The notes under the pieces are model-generated. The model saw nothing but the letters and a program-made list of their open reading frames with translations. It did no database searches and was not told the DNA's origin. Of a stretch of 64,000 nt of DNA, positions 56,197-64,000 are shown in pieces. This stretch comes from an uncultured Gammaproteobacteria bacterium. GTDB lineage: Bacteria > Patescibacteriota > Microgenomatia > UBA12405. The stretch spans positions 43,705 through 107,704 of the forward strand of contig CAZIZX010000003.1 in the NCBI GenBank assembly GCA_964544275.1, read 5' to 3'. The position numbers and the translations under genes are program-made. How positions within the stretch are numbered: the first letter of the stretch is position 1; every line of letters begins with the position of its first letter.

Positions 56197-57465
56197 TTAC
56201 TCTCCCATTTCCTCCTCAATTCTCATCAGCCTGTTATATTTGCATACTCTTTCACCCCTGGTTGGTCCGACTTTTATATACTCGCTTCCCACTGCTACCG
56301 CCAAATCTACCATAAATGTATCATTAGTTTCTCCTCCGCCTCGGTGTGATGGTACTGTCATCAAACCGTACTTCCGTGCTAGCAAACACGTATCCATCGT
56401 TTCGCTCAAACTTCCGGCTTGGTTTAACTTAATTAAAATTGCGTTAGCTGCTTTTAGATCTATAGCTTTTTGCCATAAATTTACATTTGTTACTGTCAAA
56501 TCATCAGCAATAATGGCCGCCTTGTTTCCAAAATTAGATACTAATTTCGGCCAGTTATCCCAATCAAATTCTGACAACATATCTTCTAGTGTTATTATTG
56601 AGTATTGTTCCACCCATGGACGGTAATACTCAATCAACTCATCCGTGGACATATTTTTTCCTTCCAGCTTTAACTCGTATTTTTTTGTTTCTGGGTTATA
56701 AAATTCTGAGGCTGCTGCATCTATTGCAATCCCGGCATCTTTTCCTGGTAAATACCCGGCACTTTTAATTGCTTCCACCAAATAGTCCAAAGGTTTCCGG
56801 TTGGAAGTAATTCCATTTGGTGCAAACGCGCCCTCATTTCCTACGTTTGTTGACAAATTTTCTCTTTTTAATATCTTTTTTAACGCCTCATAAACCTCCA
56901 TTTCCATTCTTACGTTCTCCGCAGCGCTTTTGTTCTTCTCCATAGCCCCCACCATAAACTCCTGCAAATCTGTCGTCTGATCGGCATGCTTCCCTCCCTC
57001 AATCATTACTATCATTGGCCGCGGCAATTTCCAGTCCCCGCCCTCAATTTCATAAATCCGTCTTAAGTATTTATAAAGTGGTAATTTCGCTTCTTCCGCC
57101 GCCGCTCTAGCTACCGCCAGAGACACCCCCAAAATTGCATTTCCGCCCAAACTGGCTTTGTTTTCGGTACCATCCAACTCATTCATTTTTCTGTCAATTT
57201 CTCTTTGTCGACTAACTTCCATCCCCACCAACCCATCATTTATTTTTGTTTTTATGTTTTCCACCGCCCGAAGCATCCCTTTGCCGTTATATCGGCTCGC
57301 GTCTCCGTCCACCAAAACAGTCGCTTCCTTACTTCCTGCCGACGCTCCATAAGAGACCGACGCTTCCCCCACCGCTCCTGACTCCAGAATTACCATTGCT
57401 TCTAATGACGGCGCTCCGCCAGACGCCAAAATTTCTCTTGCAGTGATTTTCTTTATTCTTGTCAT
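56197..57465 (-). CDS. eno: Enolase
   Basis: AREIL, LGGNAILGVSLA, VGNEGAFAP, LIKLNQAG, SHR, ER..KYNRL. Confidence 0.95.
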   Translation of the reverse strand: MTRIKKITAREILASGGAPSLEAMVILESGAVGEASVSYGASAGSKEATVLVDGDASRYNGKGMLRAVENIKTKINDGLVGMEVSRQREIDRKMNELDGTENKASLGGNAILGVSLAVARAAAEEAKLPLYKYLRRIYEIEGGDWKLPRPMIVMIEGGKHADQTTDLQEFMVGAMEKNKSAAENVRMEMEVYEALKKILKRENLSTNVGNEGAFAPNGITSNRKPLDYLVEAIKSAGYLPGKDAGIAIDAAASEFYNPETKKYELKLEGKNMSTDELIEYYRPWVEQYSIITLEDMLSEFDWDNWPKLVSNFGNKAAIIADDLTVTNVNLWQKAIDLKAANAILIKLNQAGSLSETMDTCLLARKYGLMTVPSHRGGGETNDTFMVDLAVAVGSEYIKVGPTRGERVCKYNRLMRIEEEMGE

Positions 57466-57492
57466 AAGTCTATTATAACCAAGCTCTTATTT

Positions 57493-58332
57493 TCAGGTTA
57501 GGGGATAGAATCCCAACCCTCGCTTAATAAACTTTTTAGGCCAAAAATCGCTTACTTGTCGCCACCTGTCGAGCCATTTTATATCCTTTTTTACCCACAA
57601 ATTACAGTGCTCATTTTCGCCCAACATTCTGTCGATCTTCTCCAAATTTCTTTTGTAATAAACCTGGATATACTCATCAATATAAAAAATATTCTCTCCA
57701 TAAATTTGCTTTAACATTTTTTCCATTTTTTTATAATCCAAATCCGCTTTTTTATAGCCTCCCGGCCAGTATTCAAAAAACATAATCGGCCCATCTCTCT
57801 TTAAAGTTTTTAAGCCACCTCCCAAAACCGCTGGCTCATACCCTTGTGTGTCTGATTTTATTAAATTTACTTTCTTAATATCAAACTCCTTAATCATTGA
57901 ATCCAGTGTTTTGACTTCTACCCATTCCGCCAGCCCATCGCTTCCATCCTCGTATAATTTGTGATCTCCATAATTTTCTTTTGATTTATAAATATTAAAA
58001 AAACCGGACCTACCTCCTATTGCTGCTTTTATCGCCATCACATTTTTCAGGTTATTGGCCCCAATATTCTTTTTTAAAATCTCAAAATTCTCATTCTCCG
58101 GTTCAATCGAATAAACCCTTCCTGACTTTCCAACTTTTTTGGCCATATTTATGGTGTCAAAACCAATATTGGCGCCGATATCTACTACTGTGTCTCCCGC
58201 TCTTATATTCTTCAGCAAAAGCCTGGTAAAGTAAGGTTCATAACTTCCCCTGGCTATACTTTGCCCAATATACACGTCATCACTCTTGTAATAAAAGGTC
58301 AAATTATTCCACTCCGTTTTCACCAGCTTCAT
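57493..58332 (-). CDS. FkbM family methyltransferase
   Basis: VDIGANIG, IEP, IKSDTQGYE. Confidence 0.88.
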   Translation of the reverse strand: MKLVKTEWNNLTFYYKSDDVYIGQSIARGSYEPYFTRLLLKNIRAGDTVVDIGANIGFDTINMAKKVGKSGRVYSIEPENENFEILKKNIGANNLKNVMAIKAAIGGRSGFFNIYKSKENYGDHKLYEDGSDGLAEWVEVKTLDSMIKEFDIKKVNLIKSDTQGYEPAVLGGGLKTLKRDGPIMFFEYWPGGYKKADLDYKKMEKMLKQIYGENIFYIDEYIQVYYKRNLEKIDRMLGENEHCNLWVKKDIKWLDRWRQVSDFWPKKFIKRGLGFYPLT

Positions 58333-58361
58333 TTATGTATCCATTATAACCTTTTACCCCC

Positions 58362-58418
58362 TTGACCATTTACCACCGCTTACTTACAATATTAGCAGTC
58401 TGCCCCGACGAGTGATAA
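58362..58418 (+). promoter_or_regulatory. groESL promoter with CIRCE operator
   Basis: TTGACC-17-TACAAT then TTAGCAGTC-N9-GAGTGATAA (58392-58418; consensus TTAGCACTC-N9-GAGTGCTAA). Confidence 0.85.
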
Positions 58419-58451
58419 AATAGTTAATAATTATTATTGTAATTTAATCTT

Positions 58452-58751
58452 ATGGCCCAAAAACAAACTCATATCCAACCCGTCCCCGGTTACATTTTAG
58501 TCAAACCTCAAAAAAGGGACAAGACTACACAATCTGGCATCCTTCTTCCCGATACTGCCGAAGACAAACCTCAACAAGGTCAGGTTTTAGCTGTTGGCGA
58601 AGCTATTTTTGACGATGGTCAAAAAATCACCGCCCCCTGTACTAAAGGCGATACCGTCATCTACCGTGAATGGGGTGGCAAAGAATACAAAGACGGCCAA
58701 GATGAGCTTCTCATTTTGAAGTTCGAAGATATCATGGCCATTATTAAGTAA
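58452..58751 (+). CDS. groES: Co-chaperonin GroES
   Basis: TQSGILLPDTAEDKPQQG.VLAVG. Confidence 0.95.
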   Translation: MAQKQTHIQPVPGYILVKPQKRDKTTQSGILLPDTAEDKPQQGQVLAVGEAIFDDGQKITAPCTKGDTVIYREWGGKEYKDGQDELLILKFEDIMAIIK

Positions 58752-58766
58752 ATTATTAATTATTAA

Positions 58767-60425
<1,659 letters not shown>

Positions 60426-60445
60426 AGGCTGTTAACACAAAAATT

Positions 60446-60473
60446 AAAGCCCCGATAAATATCGGGGCTTTTT
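60446..60473 (+). terminator. Intrinsic terminator after groEL
   Basis: AAAGCCCCGAT/ATCGGGGCTTT + T run. Confidence 0.85.
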
Positions 60474-60518
60474 GTTCCTATTAATCCCTTAATTTGTTAA
60501 AATAGACTGTCTTACCAA

Positions 60519-60589
60519 GACCCGGTAGTCAAGCGGTTAGACAGCGGTCTGCAAAACCGTATAGATGGGTTCGACTCCCATCCGGGTCT
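60519..60589 (+). tRNA. tRNA-Cys(GCA)
   Basis: GACCCGG/CCGGGTC acceptor, loop CT-GCA-AA, U discriminator; CCA not encoded. Confidence 0.92.
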
Positions 60590-60801
60590 CACCGAATTTT
60601 ATCGCCTCCTTCTTTTTCTCTTCTCTTTCCTGCCTCAATCGTATCGGCTAACTGCTCAAAAGGTATGAATGTTAACGCATTTATCCCGCAATCCGGACAA
60701 ACAATTCTTGGCGGGAAGTGCAATATTTTACAGGCCGGACAATTACTACCCTCCATCCGAAGTCTTTGTCCCACCGTCCGCCGATACTCAGGTGGCCTCA
60801 T
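60589..60801 (-). CDS. Small zinc-ribbon protein (DUF35 N-terminal-like)
   Basis: GSNCPAC....FPPR.VCPDCG. Confidence 0.6.
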   Translation of the reverse strand: MRPPEYRRTVGQRLRMEGSNCPACKILHFPPRIVCPDCGINALTFIPFEQLADTIEAGKRREKEGGDKIR

Positions 60802-61136
60802 TTATTTTTCATCACCTTCCAAAACCAATAACCCAAATAGCCAAAAACCGAACATTGCGCTATCAACATCACCAAAAATACCACTCCTACCGATGTCAAA
60901 ACTCCTCCGTAACGATACGTATCCCAGACCACCCTGGCTAATATATAAATTGTTCCTGGCGATATTGCCAATAATAACAACAAAAACAGCTGTAATTTGT
61001 CCTTCTCCTCAATCAAATTTCTAATCGTCAAAAATGGTTGATATGAAAGCAGATATAAATTACACAAAAATTTCCATCCTTGCCTTGCTGCGATCAATCC
61101 ACTCAAAGTTATTATCTTACTTATTTTTCTTATCAT
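60798..61136 (-). CDS. Small membrane protein
   Basis: Two TM segments; overlaps sigma factor 3' end. Confidence 0.6.
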   Translation of the reverse strand: MIRKISKIITLSGLIAARQGWKFLCNLYLLSYQPFLTIRNLIEEKDKLQLFLLLLLAISPGTIYILARVVWDTYRYGGVLTSVGVVFLVMLIAQCSVFGYLGYWFWKVMKNK

Positions 61137-61620
61137 TATAGTTCCAGACTAGCCTGAAACTCTTTTTCGCCCTAATCAATTTCGACTCTACTGCTTTTGC
61201 GCTTAATTTCAGTAATTTTGAGATGTCTTTGATTTTCAAGCCGTCTATATACTTAAGTCGCAAGATTTTTCTATATCCTTCGCTCAAATCTCCCAAAGCT
61301 TCGTCGATTTCTTTTTTCAGTTCATTTTTTAAATAATCCCTCTCTGGCGACAAAGCTCCATCGGCAATTTCTTCAAATAGGGGATTGCTGGAAAACAATA
61401 TCGTTTTTAACCTTTTTTTTCGGTAATAATCAACAATTTTATGCTTAGCGATCCCGCATAGCCAGCTAAACTCCGACCCTTTTCCGCTAAATGTTGGTAA
61501 TGATTTGAAACCCGCCAGCAAAATATCATTGGTTAATTCTTCTGCCAAACCCTCATCATCAATTCTTTTCAAAACAAAACCGCGGATACTTTTATAATAC
61601 TTTTTATAAAAATTATTCAT
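61117..61620 (-). CDS. ECF RNA polymerase sigma factor
   Basis: AEELT..I, FSWLCGIAKHKIVDYYRK; region 4 LKY.DGL.I..IS..L......VESKL.RA. Confidence 0.9.
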   Translation of the reverse strand: MNNFYKKYYKSIRGFVLKRIDDEGLAEELTNDILLAGFKSLPTFSGKGSEFSWLCGIAKHKIVDYYRKKRLKTILFSSNPLFEEIADGALSPERDYLKNELKKEIDEALGDLSEGYRKILRLKYIDGLKIKDISKLLKLSAKAVESKLIRAKKSFRLVWNYNDKKNK

Positions 61621-61679
61621 TCGCCCCTTAATTTACCACAGTTTACTATTAAAGGCTTCCTCTTTATACTTAATTAACC

Positions 61680-62474
61680 ATGCTGTTTTCTGCCCCAAAG
61701 CACCCATTGCAAAAAGTATCTGATCAATTGCGCCTTCAACTTTTAGATCTGATCCACCAGGCCGGAGGCGGACATATTGGCGGACCGCTATCCTCTATCG
61801 ATATTATGGTCTCTCTTTACAATTCCGATCTATTTAACTTCAAAAATGATCATTTTATTCTTTCCGCCGGCCACCTGGCTCCAGCTCTTTATACCGTTTT
61901 AGCACATCAAAAATTTTTTCCCAAAGACAGCCTGTCCACCTATAGTCAATTTGGTTCTAAGTTACAGGGCCATGTCTCTACTCTGGTTCCAGGCGTTGAG
62001 TATTCATCCGGTTCTCTGGGTCAAGGCTTGTCTTTTGCTGCCGGACTTAGTCTCGGCGACCAGAAACATACTACTGTTTGCCTAACCACCGATGGCGAAC
62101 ATCAGCAAGGTCAAATTTGGGAAGCTGTTATGTTTGCCAAAAAATACAACCTGTCTAACCTCATCAACATTATTGACCAAAACGGTTTTCAGATTGATGG
62201 CTCTACTGATCAAATTATGCCTTTAGGCAATTTAGCCGCCAAATATATCAGCTTCGGCTGGACTGTCTATTCAGTCAATGGTCATGATTTTTCCGCCCTG
62301 ACAAAAGTTTTCCAGAAATGCCTTCAGTCAGAATATCCTAACTGTATTATTGCCAAGACCACTTTCGGTAAGGGGATTTCTTTTATGGAAAAAAACTTTC
62401 GCTATCATGATGTCAAAAATCTGTCCCAAAAATTATATCTTCAGGCCAAAAAGGAGCTGGAATCCCATGTCTGA
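61680..62474 (+). CDS. Transketolase N-terminal subunit
   Basis: GHIGGPLS, LQGH, GSLGQGLS, DGEHQQGQIWEA. Confidence 0.92.
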   Translation: MLFSAPKHPLQKVSDQLRLQLLDLIHQAGGGHIGGPLSSIDIMVSLYNSDLFNFKNDHFILSAGHLAPALYTVLAHQKFFPKDSLSTYSQFGSKLQGHVSTLVPGVEYSSGSLGQGLSFAAGLSLGDQKHTTVCLTTDGEHQQGQIWEAVMFAKKYNLSNLINIIDQNGFQIDGSTDQIMPLGNLAAKYISFGWTVYSVNGHDFSALTKVFQKCLQSEYPNCIIAKTTFGKGISFMEKNFRYHDVKNLSQKLYLQAKKELESHV

Positions 62475-63396
62475 CATCTCCATTCGTCAAGCCTTTGGCC
62501 AAACTCTTCATAAACTTGCCCGGACCAACAAAAATATTTACGTTGTCAACGCCGATCTCAAATCTTCACTTCACCTCGACACTTTTGCCAAAAATTACCC
62601 TTCCCGGTTTATCGAATGTGGTGTTGCCGAAAATAATGCCGCTGCGGTGGCCGCTGGCTTGGCCAAAACCGGCAAGACCGTCTTTTTGACCTCATTTTCC
62701 TGTTTTTCTCCGGCCATTAATTGGGCGGTTATCAAACAGTCCATCTGTTATAACCAAGCCAACGTCAAAATTGTTGGTTCTCATTCTGGTCTCCTGTCCG
62801 GTAGTCTAGGCGCTACCCACCAGATGCTTGAAGATATCGCCCTTATGCGCTCACTTCCCAACATGGAAGTCTTTGCTCCCCTCGATGCTCTTGAAACCGA
62901 AAAAATTACCAAAGCCATCACCTACAGTCAGGCTCCTTCCTATCTCCGCCTGGTTCGGCCTGCCACTCCAGCCATGTTCCCGCTCAAAGCCTCCTTCGTT
63001 ATTGGTAAATCTCAAGTTCTAAAATCAGGCCGAGACGTCACTATTCTGGGTTACGGCCCCATCCTGTCCCAGGCTATTGAAGTCCAGTCTCAAATTAACG
63101 TTTCTTTGGAAATTATCAACTGCTCATCGATTAAACCGCTTGACACCAGTTTAATCTTAAGAAGTATCAAAAAAACCGGCCGGCTGATTATCCTTGAAGA
63201 TCACCAGAAAAATGGTGGCCTAGGAGAAGTCGTTGCCAACTTGGTTTTATCCTCAGGCCTGAACCCCTCTTTTGTCCACCTGGCTGTTAATGATCAATTT
63301 GGCCAATCGGCCAAAGAACCCAGTGCCTTGTATGACCATTACGGCATTGGCATGTCCAATCTCCAAGAAAGTATTAATAAATTAATTAAAAAATGA
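62467..63396 (+). CDS. Transketolase C-terminal subunit
   Basis: ECGVAENN, GATHQ.LED, EDH...GGLG; start trimmed to MSDISIR. Confidence 0.92.
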   Translation: MSDISIRQAFGQTLHKLARTNKNIYVVNADLKSSLHLDTFAKNYPSRFIECGVAENNAAAVAAGLAKTGKTVFLTSFSCFSPAINWAVIKQSICYNQANVKIVGSHSGLLSGSLGATHQMLEDIALMRSLPNMEVFAPLDALETEKITKAITYSQAPSYLRLVRPATPAMFPLKASFVIGKSQVLKSGRDVTILGYGPILSQAIEVQSQINVSLEIINCSSIKPLDTSLILRSIKKTGRLIILEDHQKNGGLGEVVANLVLSSGLNPSFVHLAVNDQFGQSAKEPSALYDHYGIGMSNLQESINKLIKK

Positions 63397-64000
63397 AAAC
63401 ACTCAGACAAGTTTTTCGTGAATACCGTCAACTGGGCCAGGCCCTTCCCGCTTTTAATATCGATTCCTTCGAAATTTATCAGGCTGTTGAACAAGCGGTC
63501 ACTGAAACAAACCTGCCCTGCATCGTTCAACTATCACCCAATGAAGACAAATTTATTCACGCCGAAAGACTGCTCATGCTGGTCAAAAAAGCTCAAATTG
63601 ATGGCCTCCCCATCTTTTTGAACATTGATCACGGCAAAGATATTAATCGACTTGAAAAATTACTTAAATTAGGCTTCGACATGGTCCATTTTGATGGTTC
63701 ATCTCTTCCCTTCGAAGAAAACCTTTCCCTTTCAAAAAATTTAGTTGGTACCATCCACCAACTCTATCCTGAAAAATTGATTGAGGTCGAGTTCAACCAG
63801 ATTCATCTGGTCAGTAGTAGTCCGTCACCCGACAGTTTTACCAATCCATCTCAGGCCCAAACTTTTATCAGTCAAACGGAGGCTGATCTTCTAGCGGTAT
63901 CCATCGGTAATCTTCACGGCGTCAATACTGATATTCCCGAAAACTTAGATTTAAATCTTTTCCAGGAAATTACCCAAAAGCTGCCCTCGACCCAACTTTA
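63393..64000 (+). CDS. Class II fructose-bisphosphate aldolase (partial)
   Basis: Hand-translated from ATG 63393: FPAFNID, NIDHG, HFDGS, LAVSIGNLHG; runs off window. Confidence 0.85.
   Translation, partial: MKTLRQVFREYRQLGQALPAFNIDSFEIYQAVEQAVTETNLPCIVQLSPNEDKFIHAERLLMLVKKAQIDGLPIFLNIDHGKDINRLEKLLKLGFDMVHFDGSSLPFEENLSLSKNLVGTIHQLYPEKLIEVEFNQIHLVSSSPSPDSFTNPSQAQTFISQTEADLLAVSIGNLHGVNTDIPENLDLNLFQEITQKLPSTQL

Noticed and set aside
56197-57465. Deviant enolase motifs (SHRGGGETND)
   Set aside because: Catalytic Lys/His/Arg residues appear retained; most likely lineage divergence

Overview
AT-rich bacterial window with a CPR/Patescibacteria-like gene style (inferred from gene content and frequent leaderless-type promoters). 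About 250-53770 holds two related integrated elements lying back to back, each abutting the 3' end of a tRNA-Ser gene (CGA at 21029-21111, minus; GCT at 21826-21911, plus). Both share a capsid-less core (structured leader, ParB-DNA methyltransferase, TerS-like, TerL, large serine recombinase) and a conserved ~112-bp distal end. Element 1 (~249-21033) carries an OLD nuclease and a Dcm + GHKL/MORC-like ATPase + alphaCTD-sigma4 module. Element 2 (~21905-53770) carries a HEPN-like gene and a type I RM operon with embedded NYN and DUF4145 genes plus a probable antisense sRNA. It also carries an apparently undescribed RiPP-type cluster: an unannotated 20-codon precursor ORF at 44834-44896, rSAM-SPASM, PqqD/RRE, B12-rSAM, an oxidoreductase and a phosphodiesterase, flanked by HisRS, an M3 peptidase and a third rSAM. 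An array of nucleotide-processing enzymes follows. From ~53800 the DNA is housekeeping (phosphoglycerate mutase, eno, CIRCE-groESL, tRNA-Cys, ECF sigma, split transketolase, aldolase). No CRISPR array or rRNA was seen. Family assignments come from visual motif recognition, not database searches.
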